64,000 nt of DNA from Terriglobia bacterium (GCA_963695545.1 OY968796.1:2336001-2400000); one strand, 5' to 3'; numbered from the stretch's first letter, positions 44,800-56,248 are shown. Numbers and translations: made by a program. Notes: generated by a model not told the origin, from the sequence alone.

Positions 44800-45032
44800 C
44801 TTGCGACTTCAGTTGTATTTCGCATTACACTCTTTCAAGTCGTTCCAGTCATCTCGATCTAAATCCAAATTTCGATTCCGGAGAATTCCGAGGCAATCTC
44901 GGAACGTTCCTCGCGGTCCCAGTGGGAAATTGGTCAGGCGCCCGGCGGGGCGCAATGCCTTTCGCTGCCTGATTCGTCCGAAGAAGTCCACCCTGGATGC
45001 AGCTTCGGAAAAGAGAGCGGAGGATTCTCGCC

Positions 45033-47442
45033 CTAATTCGTCAAATTCTGATCGGCTTCCGGCTCGGCGCCGAATTCGCCCGCGACTTCGGGCACAGGGC
45101 CCGGCGCCGTCGGCTCGATGGGACGCTCAAGGGCCGCGCGCAGCACCTCATCCATCGTCTCCACCACGCAGATGGTGAGTTCGGAGCGCACTTCCGGCGG
45201 AATATCCGCCAAATCTTTTTCGTTGTCCTTCGGAATGATCACGGTGCGTATGCCGACGCGATGCGCGGCCATCAGCTTTTCCTTCACGCCGCCGATCGGC
45301 AGCACTTTTCCGCGGAGCGTGATCTCACCGGTCATGGCCACGTCGCAGCGAACCGGGATGCGCGTGAGCGCGCTGACGATCGAAGTGGCGATGGTGATTC
45401 CGGCCGAAGGGCCGTCCTTCGGAATCGCGCCTTCGGGAACGTGCATGTGAATATCGAGATGCCGATAAAAATCGCGCGGCAGACCGAACTGGCTGGTACG
45501 CGAGCGCACGTAGCTCATGGCCGCCTGCGCCGATTCCTGCATCACGTCGCCGAGCTTGCCTGTGAGCGTCAAGCGGCCCTTGCCCACCATCAGCTGAGCT
45601 TCGGTGGCGAGCACTTGGCCGCCGACTTCGGTCCACGCCAGGCCGGTGGCCAGGCCGACTTCGCTCTTTTTGTGCGCCCACAACTCGCGAAATTTGATCA
45701 CGCCGAGGAAATCGGAAAGGTTCGCCGGCGTCACTTCGACCTTGACGTCGCGCCCTTCCTTCACCACGCGCCGCGAAATCTTGCGGCACACGCTCGAAAT
45801 TTCGCGCTCGAGGGTGCGCACGCCGGCTTCGTGCGTGTAGTGCCGGATGATGTGTTGCAAGCCCTCGTCGGTGAACGTGACGTTGGCCTCGGTCAATCCG
45901 GTTTGCTTCGAGCTGTTTTTTCACCAGGAAGCGCTTGGCGATCTGTAGTTTCTCAAGTTCGGTGTAGCCCGCGAGGCGCAGCACTTCCATGCGGTCCTGC
46001 AAAGGCTGCGGAATCGTGTGCAGCACGTTGGCGGTGCAGATGAACATCACCTTCGAGAGATCGTATTCCACGTCGAGATAATGGTCGGTGAAGGCGTGAT
46101 TGAGTTCCGGGTCCAGCACTTCCATCAGCGCCGCCGAAGGATCGCCGCGAAAATCGGTGGACATCTTATCGACTTCGTCGAGCACGAAGACGGGATTGAT
46201 CGTGCCGGCCTTCTTCATCATCTGCACGATCTGCCCGGGCAGCGCGCCGATGTAGGTGCGCCGATGACCGCGAATTTCCGCTTCGTCGCGCACGCCGCCA
46301 AGCGAAACGCGGACGAATTTGCGTCCCGTGGCGCGGCCGATGGACATCGCCAAAGAAGTTTTGCCCACGCCCGGCGGTCCGACAAAGCACAGGATCGAGC
46401 CCTTCGGGTTCTTCACCAGTTGGCGTACGGCGAGATATTCGAGGATGCGCTCTTTGACCTTCTCGAGCCCATAATGCTCTTCTTCCAGAATGCGCTCAGC
46501 CACAGCGATATCACGAATCTCTTTCGATTTCTTCTTCCACGGCATGGCCAGCAGCCAATCGAGGTAGTTGCGGCTCACCGTCGATTCAGCCGACATCGGC
46601 GGCATCAATTCCAGGCGCTTCAATTCCTGCACGGCCTTCTCGTGGGTTTCCTTGGGCATGCCGGCGGCGTCAATTTTCTTTTTCAGCTCTTCGAGCTCGT
46701 TCTTTTCGCCGCGGCCCAGTTCCTTGTGAATGGCCTTGAGCTTTTCGTTGAGGTAATACTCTTTTTGCGCGCGCTCCATCTGGCGCTTCACGCGCGTATT
46801 GATGTTGCGCTCGACGTTCAGTTTCTCGAGCTCGCCTTCCAGAATATCGGCCACGCGGGTCAGGCGCTCGAGCGGATCGAAGCATTCGAGCAATTCCTGT
46901 TTTTCCTCCACCGCGATCTGCAGATTCGAGGCCACGCTGTCGGAAAGCTTGGCCGGATCGTCCGCGCGGACGGCGGCAATCATCGAATCGTAGTTCAGGT
47001 TCTGCGAGAGCTTGACGTATTGCTCGAACAGGCCCGTGACGCGCGAAACGATCTGTTCGAGTTGCGGAGACGGCTCGATGCGGCTTCCCACCACGCGCAG
47101 CGTCGCGCGGAAAAAACCGTCCTCGACGGAAACCTGCACGACTTTCGCGCGCTCCACGCCTTCGACCAGTACTTTAATGTTGCCATCGGCCAGCTTCACA
47201 CTCTGCACGATGTTCGCGAGCGTCCCGACGCTGTAAATTTGATCGGGCTGCGGATCGTCCATCGAAGCGTCGTGCTGCGTGGCCAGGAAAATTTTCTTCT
47301 CGCCCGCCAGCGCGTCTTCGAGCGCGCGCACGGAGCTTTCGCGTCCCACGATGAACGGCGTCATCATCTGCGGGAAGATGACCATGTCGCGCACCGGCAT
47401 CATCGGCACGCGCTTCAATTCGGTTTTTTCGCGATTGAACAT
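45033..47442 (-). CDS. lon: Lon protease with one +1 frameshift near 45903
   Basis: GPPGVGKTS and DEVDK in one frame; PKDGPSAG catalytic motif in the next; 2410-1 nt = 803 codons. Confidence 0.95.
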
Positions 47443-47548
47443 TACCTGTGTCTATGTCCCGGATGCGGGCTCGACGTGGAGCCTGCTGAAATACTGCTGA
47501 TCTTCTGTTGCCGATTCCAGTGCAGAATTCTTTGCCGTTTCCTGTGGC

Positions 47549-48805
47549 TCAGCCGGCCTTCTCAAGCAGGCCCCAATTGATTTCGCGGCCACGCACCATT
47601 TCCGCCGTCACCGAGAAGTCGCGCACTTTTCTCTGAGTAGGTAGATGGTACATCAGTTCGAGCATCAGGTCTTCGAGGATCATGCGAAGCCCGCGCGCGC
47701 CGACTTTGCGCGCCAGGGCCAGTTCGGCCACGGTCTCGATCGCGTCGTCGGTGAAGTGCAGCTTCACGTTCTCGAATTCAAACAGGCGCTGGTATTGCCG
47801 GATCAGCGCGTTCTTCGGCTCGGTCAGGATGCGCATCAGCGCCGGCTTGTCCAAATCGCCGAGCACGCCCATCACCGGCAAGCGGCCCACGAATTCCGGG
47901 ATAAGGCCGTAGCGGATCAGATCGGTCGGCTGTGCCTGCTCCAGGATCTCGATGTTGCGGCGATTCGCCGTCGAAGGCTGCGCGTCGGTGTGAAAGCCCA
48001 GCGATTTTTGCCCCACGCGCCGCTCGATCACCTTTTCGAGGCCCACAAACGCCCCGCCGCAGATGAACAGAATGTTCGTCGTGTCCACCGGCGTAAATTC
48101 CTGGTGCGGATGCTTGCGACCGCCCTGCGGAGGCACATTGGCCACGGTGCCTTCCAAAATCTTCAGCAGCGCCTGCTGCACGCCTTCGCCGGAAACGTCG
48201 CGCGTGATCGAAGGGTTCTCATCTTTCTTCGAGATCTTGTCGATCTCGTCGATGTAGATGATGCCTTGCTGCGCTTTGGTCACGTCGCCATCGGCGTTTT
48301 GCAGCAGCTTCAGAATAATGTTCTCAACGTCTTCGCCGACGTAGCCCGCTTCGGTCAGCGTGGTCGCGTCCACGATCGCAAACGGCACATCCAGCATGCG
48401 CGAAAGCGTCTGCGCCAGCAGCGTCTTGCCCGTTCCGGTCGGCCCGATCAGCAGAATATTCGATTTCGTCAGTTCGACGTCGCCCGGTTGGCGGTTCAAG
48501 AAGATGCGCTTGTAATGGTTGTAAACAGCCACCGCCAGCTTCTTCTTGGTTTTATCCTGCCCGATCACGTAGCCGTCGAGGAATGCCTTGATCTCCGGAG
48601 GCCTCGGCAGACGCCGGTTCACCGGCCCGGACTGTTCGCGCTTTTCTTCTTCCAGAATCTGCTCGCAAACGCTCACGCATTCGTTGCAGATGTAGGCGCG
48701 CGGATAATCGGAGGGCGAACTGATGAGCTTCTCGACCTGCTCCTGCGTCTTATGGCAGAACGAGCAGCGCAGCGGGTCTTCGGTGGTAGATTTTTTCACC
48801 GGCAT
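47549..48805 (-). CDS. clpX: ATP-dependent Clp protease ATPase ClpX
   Basis: CSFC...CNEC Zn finger, [18 protein letters not shown]. Confidence 0.98.
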   Translation of the reverse strand: MPVKKSTTEDPLRCSFCHKTQEQVEKLISSPSDYPRAYICNECVSVCEQILEEEKREQSGPVNRRLPRPPEIKAFLDGYVIGQDKTKKKLAVAVYNHYKRIFLNRQPGDVELTKSNILLIGPTGTGKTLLAQTLSRMLDVPFAIVDATTLTEAGYVGEDVENIILKLLQNADGDVTKAQQGIIYIDEIDKISKKDENPSITRDVSGEGVQQALLKILEGTVANVPPQGGRKHPHQEFTPVDTTNILFICGGAFVGLEKVIERRVGQKSLGFHTDAQPSTANRRNIEILEQAQPTDLIRYGLIPEFVGRLPVMGVLGDLDKPALMRILTEPKNALIRQYQRLFEFENVKLHFTDDAIETVAELALARKVGARGLRMILEDLMLELMYHLPTQRKVRDFSVTAEMVRGREINWGLLEKAG

Positions 48806-48928
48806 TGATTCCTCTCGCGGTTCCCGAGGCCAGGTGGTACCGCGAAAAACATTCTAGGCCCGATCGAGGCTCGATGTCCCATCCCCGCTCTCGCTCGCTC
48901 GTATTGGGTACTAACTGATTGGTACGCG

Positions 48929-49549
48929 CTAGCGATGCTTGAAAATGATTTCGTCGATCAGGCCGTACTCCTTGGCCTGTTGCGCCGACATGATGAAGTC
49001 GCGTTCGCAGTCACGTTCCACTTTTTCCGTCGGCTGCCCGCAGTGCTTCACCAACAGCTCGTTGATCACCATGCGCATGCGCAGAATTTCTTTGGCGTGA
49101 ATGTCGATGTCGGTGGCCTGGCCCGAAAGGCCGGACATCCACGGCTGGTGAATCAGGATGCGCGAATTCGGCAAAGAAAAGCGCTTCTTGGCGGCGCCCG
49201 CGGTCAGCAGAAGCGCCGCGATCGAAGCCGCCTGCCCCACGCAAATCGTCACCACGTCGGGCCGCACGAATTGAATCGTGTCGTAGATCGCCATGCCCGC
49301 CGTGATCGAGCCGCCCGGCGAATTGATGTACAGCGAAATATCCTTTTCCGGGTCTTCGGCCTCGAGGAACAGCAATTGCGCCGTCACCAGGTTCGCCACG
49401 TGATCGTCGATCGGCGTCCCGATGAAGATAATGTTGTCCTTCAGCAGGCGCGAATAAATGTCGTACGCCCGCTCGCCGCGGTTCGTCTGCTCGACGACCA
49501 TGGGAACGAGCGTCGTATTGTAGGGTCCGGGCTGGTCGGAGCCGTTCAT
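48929..49549 (-). CDS. clpP: Clp protease proteolytic subunit
   Basis: [22 protein letters not shown]. Confidence 0.98.
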   Translation of the reverse strand: MNGSDQPGPYNTTLVPMVVEQTNRGERAYDIYSRLLKDNIIFIGTPIDDHVANLVTAQLLFLEAEDPEKDISLYINSPGGSITAGMAIYDTIQFVRPDVVTICVGQAASIAALLLTAGAAKKRFSLPNSRILIHQPWMSGLSGQATDIDIHAKEILRMRMVINELLVKHCGQPTEKVERDCERDFIMSAQQAKEYGLIDEIIFKHR

Positions 49550-49637
49550 CGTAGTGTCATCTTGGAATTCGCGCGTTGTTCGTGTCTTGCGTATAAGGGC
49601 TCGTGTATTGGAATCGGGCGAGGAGGCCGGCCGGAAT

Positions 49638-50915
49638 TTATGTTTCTGCCTTTGGTTGGGTCCGGATCCGGGAACTCTGACAGAGCCACTCCAGAGTTTT
49701 ATCGCTCCGGAGCTTCGATTTAATCCTATCGAGCGTACCTTGCTTTGTCAAGCGCGCGCGAAGCGCGATGGCCGATTCGCCACTGCGTTCCGCCAGCTCG
49801 TTGAGCTCTCGATCGACCTCTTCGTCCGCCACCTCGATCTTTTCCTCGTTCGCGATGCGATCCAGCAACAATTCCGCCTTCACATCTTCCACGGCGCGGT
49901 CGCGCTGGCGCCGCCGCAATCCGGCCCAATCCACGTTGACGGCCCGCGGATCCACTCCCTGCGCCGCGAGCGTGCGCACCGCGCGCTCCAGGCGCGCATC
50001 CATCTGCTGCTCGACGAGCGCCTCGGGCACGGGGAAGTCGTGCGCGGCCACAATCTTCGCGAGCAGCTTCTCGCGCGCCTCTTCCTTTTGCCGATGGTCG
50101 CGCGCCGCTTCCAGATTCTGCCGGATTTTCGCGCGCAATTCGTCGATGGTTTTCGCGTCGCTCACTTTTTGCACGAATTCATCGTTCAATTCGGGCCGCT
50201 GCTTTTCCTGAATCCCCAGAACTTCCACGGCGTAGTGATACGTTTTGCCCGCGAGCTTCGCATCGGGATAATCGGCGGGGTAAGGCACGTCGAACTCGCG
50301 ATGCTCGCCAACCGCAGCGCCGCGTAGATTTTCGTTGAACGGCGCCATCGTTTGCTCGCCGCCCACCTGGCAATCCACGCTGTCCGCTTGCAGCGGCTCG
50401 CCGCCGTCGGCGGACGTTCCCGAGAGCTTGAGGCGCGCGATATCGCCGTCGGCGATCGCGCGGCCTTCAACCGGGGCCACGGTCGCCGCGCGGTCGCGCA
50501 GCTCTTCGAGCGTTTTCTCGACGTCGGCGTCGGTTACGGCCGTCGCTTCGATCTCGACTTCCAGGTCCTTATATTGTCCGAGCGTGAATTCCGGAAGCAC
50601 CTCGAACGAGGCCACGAATTTCACCGGGCCGTTCTCCGCGAAGTCCACCTTGTCCACGTGCGGCTGCGTCACCGGCACAAGCTTCTGATCCTGCACGGCG
50701 CTTTCGATCTTCGGCGGCAGCAGCGATTGCAGCACTTCGCCCTTGATCTCATCTGCGAAGCGCCGGCGGATCAGCGTCACCGGAGCCTTGCCCGGCCGAA
50801 ATCCCGGCACGCGCGCCACTTTGGCGAATTCGTTCGCCACGCGCGCCACGGCTTTCTGCACATCTTCGGCGGGAATTTCCAGCTCCAGTTCGCGCCGGCA
50901 CGTCGCTTCTGTCAT
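49638..50915 (-). CDS. tig: Trigger factor
   Basis: PGFRPGKAP ribosome-binding motif; upstream of clpP. Confidence 0.95.
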   Translation of the reverse strand: MTEATCRRELELEIPAEDVQKAVARVANEFAKVARVPGFRPGKAPVTLIRRRFADEIKGEVLQSLLPPKIESAVQDQKLVPVTQPHVDKVDFAENGPVKFVASFEVLPEFTLGQYKDLEVEIEATAVTDADVEKTLEELRDRAATVAPVEGRAIADGDIARLKLSGTSADGGEPLQADSVDCQVGGEQTMAPFNENLRGAAVGEHREFDVPYPADYPDAKLAGKTYHYAVEVLGIQEKQRPELNDEFVQKVSDAKTIDELRAKIRQNLEAARDHRQKEEAREKLLAKIVAAHDFPVPEALVEQQMDARLERAVRTLAAQGVDPRAVNVDWAGLRRRQRDRAVEDVKAELLLDRIANEEKIEVADEEVDRELNELAERSGESAIALRARLTKQGTLDRIKSKLRSDKTLEWLCQSSRIRTQPKAET

Positions 50916-51137
50916 CGCGCCTCTGTATTGCGGTAAATCTTTTCCCTCGCCAAGTTTCTGCAAGCGCCGCGTTCGTCGCCAAGTGCTCCAGACATTGAAA
51001 CTGGAAAAAGGGACGAGCGAAGGAAAGAATGCCCAGTATAGAGAAACCCCGCGCGAGCGTCAACGCCGGGCACGCTCGAGCAGCGAAAACGCAGCGCGCG
51101 GCAACTTTATGATACGATGGAGCCAGAAGAGGCGGCC

Positions 51138-51410
51138 ATGAAGCGGCAAGAGCACGTCACAGAAGTGGAAGAAGCGGCCATCCGCATCCGGATCGAGGCG
51201 CTCAAAGACGGGCGATATCTCGGCACAAGTCCGGACGTTCCAGGACTTGTGGCGGAAGGGCGCAGTGCAGCGGAGACCGTCGAAATTGCACAGGGCCTCG
51301 CCCGCAAAATTGTCGAATCCTGCCGCGAGCATGGAGATCCTCTACCTCCCGTTTTTTCAAAGGCCCGTCTGAAAACCCGCGAATTCCTCGTGCCTGTCCC
51401 GATGCCCTGA
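51138..51410 (+). CDS. Short HicB-like antitoxin
   Basis: YLGTSPDVPGLVAEGRS..E; stop overlaps the HicA-like start (TGATG). Confidence 0.8.
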   Translation: MKRQEHVTEVEEAAIRIRIEALKDGRYLGTSPDVPGLVAEGRSAAETVEIAQGLARKIVESCREHGDPLPPVFSKARLKTREFLVPVPMP

Positions 51411-51637
51411 TGGGGCGTTTAGCGGTATTCCGCTACCGCGAAGTCGCCAGACGTCCCCGTGTGTTTGGGTTATGCTTCGACTGTCCCGCGGCGGGCAGCC
51501 ATGAAGTCTGGCGTCAGTCGGAGACGGGCGGGAAAGTCACAATTCCACACCACTCTGGCGATATGGCGGAAGGAACGCTACGCGCCATCTTGCGCGAGGC
51601 CGGAATCAGCGTAGATCGCTTCCTGAACGAGCGGTAA
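51410..51637 (+). CDS. HicA-like toxin (possibly degenerating)
   Basis: GSHEVW, VTIPHH, GTLRAILREAGI. Confidence 0.8.
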   Translation: MGRLAVFRYREVARRPRVFGLCFDCPAAGSHEVWRQSETGGKVTIPHHSGDMAEGTLRAILREAGISVDRFLNER

Positions 51638-51807
51638 CTTGTCCCCGGGCAGGTTCCACCCGCAAAATTCGCGATGCTATCATTCCAACTTCCGTCGAAG
51701 TTGCCACTTTCACTCGGAACGGCATCAGTCGTGATAGTCTCTCTGACGAAATCGCCGAGTCGCGATTGCGATTGGCGATCCTAGGGGGAGAAGGAAGCCA
51801 TCAAGCT

Positions 51808-52797
51808 ATGAAGCTTACCCGCATTCTGCTCCTGTTTCTTAGTGGTCTGCTGCTTTTGCCCGCCGTCGCCGCTGACAAAGACTTTATCGATTGGGAGCAC
51901 CTCACGAATCCAGTGCTTCAGTATCCGAATTGGTCCATCAAAGATGCCGCCATGGCTTTTCGCGACGGCACATTCTATGTTTTCTTTTCCGCGTTTTATG
52001 CCGATCGCGGCCAGGTGCGCAGCCACGTCGTAGAAGTCAGCACGCGCGACTTCAAAACTTTCTCCGATCCGATCTTCGATATTGACGGCCGCGAAGATGG
52101 CTGGATCGGGCTGTGCTCGCCCGACGTGCAGGAAATTGGCGGCACGTACTATATGACGTTCAATTCCTGGGGCGATTTGCCGGACAAGCCGAACCAACTC
52201 TTCTACGAATCTTCTCCCGATCTCGTCCACTGGTCGGATCGCAAGCCGCTCGCGCGAAACCTCACCACCGCCGGCCGCGTGATTGACGCAGCCGTCGCCG
52301 GTGCCGACGGCGGTTTCTATCTCACGTGGCGCGAAGGCCGCGGCCCGATCATTCCGCACATTGCGTTCGCGAAGTCCATGGACGGGCCGTGGGCGCTCGT
52401 CGGCTCCGGCGTCGCGCAACTGACCATGCCGGATGGAAAGGATAACGGCTCGAATCACGAAAATTTCGAGTTCGTTAAAATTGATGACAAGTGGCGCTTG
52501 CTTACCTCCGACTATCCGCCAGGCCACGAGGAATATCTCTACACGCAGGAAGACTCGCACAATTGGCTCGACTGGGGCCAAGGCGCGCGGTTTGACATCG
52601 CCAAAGCCGATTACAACAGCTTGATTCCGTGCGACGCCGCGGCACTCTATGACTGGCGCAGCTACGACGGCTACTTCTATCTGTTGTGCGCCGGGCGCAC
52701 CGAAGCGAGTTCCTACTTGGGGCGCGGCTGGAATCGTCTCGCGCTGCACCGCTCGAAAGACCTGGTGCACTGGTTGCCCGCCGGCACGATGCACTGA
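51808..52797 (+). CDS. Secreted five-bladed beta-propeller glycoside hydrolase-like protein (GH32/43-like)
   Basis: Signal peptide; NPVL, SPDV....GTYYMTF, SPDLVHW, SKDLVHW. Confidence 0.65.
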   Translation: MKLTRILLLFLSGLLLLPAVAADKDFIDWEHLTNPVLQYPNWSIKDAAMAFRDGTFYVFFSAFYADRGQVRSHVVEVSTRDFKTFSDPIFDIDGREDGWIGLCSPDVQEIGGTYYMTFNSWGDLPDKPNQLFYESSPDLVHWSDRKPLARNLTTAGRVIDAAVAGADGGFYLTWREGRGPIIPHIAFAKSMDGPWALVGSGVAQLTMPDGKDNGSNHENFEFVKIDDKWRLLTSDYPPGHEEYLYTQEDSHNWLDWGQGARFDIAKADYNSLIPCDAAALYDWRSYDGYFYLLCAGRTEASSYLGRGWNRLALHRSKDLVHWLPAGTMH

Positions 52798-52810
52798 CCT
52801 CTGGCGAACT

Positions 52811-54118
52811 GTGTCCGCGCCGAATCGCGCACGAGCGCCTTCCACGTTCATCGTCCCCAGTTTGCGCTGGTGGATCATCACGCTGGTGTTTCTCGCCACG
52901 GTGATCGGCTACATCGACCGGCTAACGCTGTCGGTGCTCGCTCCGGTGATTTGCGCGGACCTGCATCTCACGAATCTTCAATACGCGACGATCAGCACGT
53001 CGTTTCTGTTTGCGTACTCGCTCAGCATGTTTCTCTTCGGCCTCGTTCAGGATCGCGTGGGCACGCGCATCGGCTTCGGCGCCGCGATGATCGTGTGGTC
53101 GCTTGCCGAACTCGGCCACGCGTTCGCGCGCGGTTTGGCGAGCCTGAGCTTTTTCCGATTCTTGCTGGGCATCGGCGAAGGGGGACATTGGCCCGCCGCG
53201 ACTAAAACGGTAGCCGAGTGGTTGCCGGCGCGCGAGCGCGCGCTCGGCATGGGCGTGGCCAATTCCGGCGCCGCACTTGGGTCGGCGATCGCTCCGCCGC
53301 TAATCGTTTGGATGCAGCTGCATTACGGATGGAAGGCCACGTTCGTAGCGACGTCCGCGCTCGGCGCTTTCTGGCTCGTGCTGTGGTTCACGACGTATGA
53401 AATTCCCAACCGGCACCGCTGGCTCGGCGGCAAAGAGCGCGCGCTGATTGAATCCGGCAGCGCGAAGGCGGATACGCGGATTCCGCAGAAAATGAGATGG
53501 GTTGAGGTTCTGCGCGACCCGAACGCGATCGGCATCGTCATCGCGCGTTTTTTCGGCGATCCCGTCTGGTGGCTGTATCTGATTTGGCTTCCGCTCTATC
53601 TGACGACGGCGCGCGGTTTCACCTTGAAAGAAATCGGCATGTACGCGTGGATTCCGTACATCGCGGCCGATCTCGGCGCGCTTTCGGGCGGCTGGATGTC
53701 GGGCCACCTTTTGCGCCGCGGCTACTCCGTGCTGATGGCGCGCGGCGCGGCAATCGTGTTGTCCGCGGCGCTCACTCCCGCCGCGCTGCTTGTTGCCGGA
53801 GCGCGCACTCCGGCCGCGGCAATTTTCTTCATCAGCGTTGTGCTCTTCGCGTTTCAATTCTGGATCGGCAATGTGCAGACGTTGCAAAGCGATCTCTTTC
53901 CGTCCGATCGCGTTGCTTCCGTTGCCGGACTTTCCGGCACATCCGCCGGCCTCGGCGCGATTCTGTTCACTCTGCGCACGGGCTGGGTCGTGGATCATTT
54001 TTCTTACGCGCCCATTCTTTTCGCTTCGGGTTTTCTTGTCCCGCTCGGTACGATCATTCTGTTTGTTTTTCTGCGAGCTTCGGGCCGCGCTTCGGCGCAA
54101 TCGCGGGCTAAAAATTGA
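52811..54118 (+). CDS. MFS transporter, ExuT-like hexuronate family
   Basis: RWWIITLVFLATVIGYIDR, RFLLGIGEG, EWLPARERA, DPVWW. Confidence 0.88.
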   Translation: MSAPNRARAPSTFIVPSLRWWIITLVFLATVIGYIDRLTLSVLAPVICADLHLTNLQYATISTSFLFAYSLSMFLFGLVQDRVGTRIGFGAAMIVWSLAELGHAFARGLASLSFFRFLLGIGEGGHWPAATKTVAEWLPARERALGMGVANSGAALGSAIAPPLIVWMQLHYGWKATFVATSALGAFWLVLWFTTYEIPNRHRWLGGKERALIESGSAKADTRIPQKMRWVEVLRDPNAIGIVIARFFGDPVWWLYLIWLPLYLTTARGFTLKEIGMYAWIPYIAADLGALSGGWMSGHLLRRGYSVLMARGAAIVLSAALTPAALLVAGARTPAAAIFFISVVLFAFQFWIGNVQTLQSDLFPSDRVASVAGLSGTSAGLGAILFTLRTGWVVDHFSYAPILFASGFLVPLGTIILFVFLRASGRASAQSRAKN

Positions 54119-54139
54119 TCGGAAGAGCAACCAAGAGGT

Positions 54140-54226
54140 TGGTGCGGAAGGAGGGATTTGAACCCCCACGACCTTTCGGCCACAGGATCCTAAGTCCTGC
54201 GCGTCTGCCAGTTCCGCCACTTCCGC
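54140..54226 (-). tRNA. tRNA-Leu(TAG)
   Basis: Reverse complement GCGGAAG...CAGGA-CT-TAG-GA-TCCTG, long variable arm, GGTTCAAATCC, CTTCCGC-ACCA. Confidence 0.96.
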
Positions 54227-54325
54227 GTTGACCGGAGTATAGCATCGCCGCCGAAAGCCGCGGCTTAGGCCGAAAACGCCGTCGGCCGAGCCGTGGGGCC
54301 GGACAGCCACTCGACGCCGTTCGGC

Positions 54326-54354
54326 TTGCGGGCGAATGGCGCATTTGGTAGCCT
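54326..54354 (+). promoter_or_regulatory. Putative sigma70-type promoter (duplicated at 55390)
   Basis: TTGCGG-N17-TAGCCT with TG extension. Confidence 0.55.
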
Positions 54355-54399
54355 TCCCGCCGTCACGACGATTTACCTCGGCCTGGAAGGAGTGTACCC

Positions 54400-55335
54400 A
54401 TGGCTATCTGCAATAAGTGCGGTGCAGGTGTTCCGGATGGACAAGCTTTCTGTTCTCACTGCGGGCAGCCAATTGCCGCGACAGCGCCCGCGCCGCAGCA
54501 GTATCAGGCCCCGCCCGCGCCGCCTCGCGTCGGGGGAGCGGCGGGGATGGGCTTGCCGGCGGCGATCGCCGCGTTGCTTACCCCGATGGGGCTCGCGCCG
54601 CTCGTTGCGACGCTGCTTTGCTGGATCGGCTGGTTTCTTTTGCCAGGGGTCAGCGTGGGCATTTCGTCGTTCATGCTGGGATCGCAGTCCACGAGCTATA
54701 CGCTGTGGGACGCTTTGGGCATTACGGGCAGCGCGATGGGTGGACTTGGCAACGGCAGCGCTGGTTTCCTGGGATTCATCGTGGTGGTTTGCCTTCTGAT
54801 TCCGTTCGGTGTCCCGTTCGTTCCCATGCCGTTCGCAAAGATCGCGCGGTTCGCTTATGGAGCGCCGCTACTTGCGTTCTTGGTCGGATGGCTCTCGATT
54901 GAACACACGGTGAGCCAGGTTACGTCGATGTTGAATTCCACATTGGTGGGCACGGGGGGCGCCGGCTTCGGAATCAATGCTTCGTGGGGCGTCGGCACCT
55001 ACCTGGTCGTGCTCGCGAGCCTTGCCGCTGCCGCATGCATCGTTCTGCCAATGTTAATGCCGAAACTCGCAGGCACAGTTGCGGCACCGGCCGCGCGCGC
55101 CGCGGCGCAAGCGCCTCCAGCGCACGCGCAGCCGCCGGCCTACGCACCTCCGGCGCAGCCCGCTTACCGTCCGCCACCGCCCGCGTATGCACCCCCAGCA
55201 CCACCGCCGGCTCATGTTGCGCCGCCGGCCGCGCCCGTCGCGAACCAGGCTACCGGATTTTGCACAAGCTGCGGAGCACCGCGCGCGCATGGATCGCAAT
55301 TCTGCACCGGCTGCGGCGCACGATTCGCGACGTAG
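54400..55335 (+). CDS. Membrane protein with N- and C-terminal zinc-ribbon motifs
   Basis: CNKCG..FCSHCG; several TM helices; Pro-rich linker; CTSCG..FCTGCG. Confidence 0.82.
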   Translation: MAICNKCGAGVPDGQAFCSHCGQPIAATAPAPQQYQAPPAPPRVGGAAGMGLPAAIAALLTPMGLAPLVATLLCWIGWFLLPGVSVGISSFMLGSQSTSYTLWDALGITGSAMGGLGNGSAGFLGFIVVVCLLIPFGVPFVPMPFAKIARFAYGAPLLAFLVGWLSIEHTVSQVTSMLNSTLVGTGGAGFGINASWGVGTYLVVLASLAAAACIVLPMLMPKLAGTVAAPAARAAAQAPPAHAQPPAYAPPAQPAYRPPPPAYAPPAPPPAHVAPPAAPVANQATGFCTSCGAPRAHGSQFCTGCGARFAT

Positions 55336-55389
55336 GCCGTCTTCCGCGCGAGCGGCGGGGCGACGCTCATTTTCTGGTCGCCGTAGCGC

Positions 55390-55418
55390 TTGCGGGTAGC
55401 GCGGGCTTTTGGTAGCCT
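55390..55418 (+). promoter_or_regulatory. Putative sigma70-type promoter (duplicate of 54326)
   Basis: TTGCGG-N17-TAGCCT with TG extension. Confidence 0.55.
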
Positions 55419-55462
55419 TCCGCCCAACTGCCGGTCCCACGGCAGCTCGAAGGAGACGCTCG

Positions 55463-56050
55463 ATGGCTTTCTGCGGCAAGTGCGGTGCAAGCAATCAAGA
55501 TGGTGTCGCCTTTTGTGCGCGTTGCGGCCAACCGCTCGCGGCGGGCCAGGCCCCGCCTCCACAGCATTACCAAGCTCCGCCGCCTCCGGCGCAATACCAG
55601 CAGCCGGGCGCGCCGCCGGCGCAGTATCAGCAGGCTCCCGCACCTGGCTCGGGTGGCACGGGCCTTGAGGAAAACGTCGCGGGCGCGCTCGCCTACGTTC
55701 TGGGCTGGGTGACGGGAATTATTTTTCTGATCATCGACAAGCGGCCCTCTGTGCGCTTCAATGCCGCGCAATCGCTGGTGGTGTTCGGCGGCGGCGGGAT
55801 CCTGGTGATCCTGATCGGGATCGTCACCGGCGGGGGCATGTTCTTCGGCGGATTCGGCGGCTTTGGCTTTGGGCCGGATATGGGTTTCCGATACATGCTG
55901 GTGATGCTCGGCATGGCTCTGAACGGGCTGCTTGAGTTGACGATGTTTGTGCTCTGGATCGTGCTGATGCTCAAAGCGTATCAACACCAGCCGTTCCGAG
56001 TTCCTATCGCCGCGGGCATCGCCGATAGCTTGGTCGGGAAGGTGGGATAG
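55463..56050 (+). CDS. Zinc-ribbon plus DUF4870-like membrane protein
   Basis: FCGKCG..FCARCG; GLEENVAGALAYVLGWVTGIIFL, VRFNAAQS. Confidence 0.85.
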   Translation: MAFCGKCGASNQDGVAFCARCGQPLAAGQAPPPQHYQAPPPPAQYQQPGAPPAQYQQAPAPGSGGTGLEENVAGALAYVLGWVTGIIFLIIDKRPSVRFNAAQSLVVFGGGGILVILIGIVTGGGMFFGGFGGFGFGPDMGFRYMLVMLGMALNGLLELTMFVLWIVLMLKAYQHQPFRVPIAAGIADSLVGKVG

Positions 56051-56248
56051 AGCCGCCTGCCGCTTTTCAATCGGTTCGCCAAACTCGTTGTGCGCCGGTG
56101 CGGTCCGCAAGTGGCGCGGAACTGCACCGGCGCGACACTCGCCTGCGGCGCTTGACTTTCCCCTTCCGGGCGTCCATCTTTTAACGCTCTTTTGTGGTTT
56201 GTCCTCCGGCATGATGCCGGAGCGGGAGTGCTGCGCGTGCCGGCTCCG

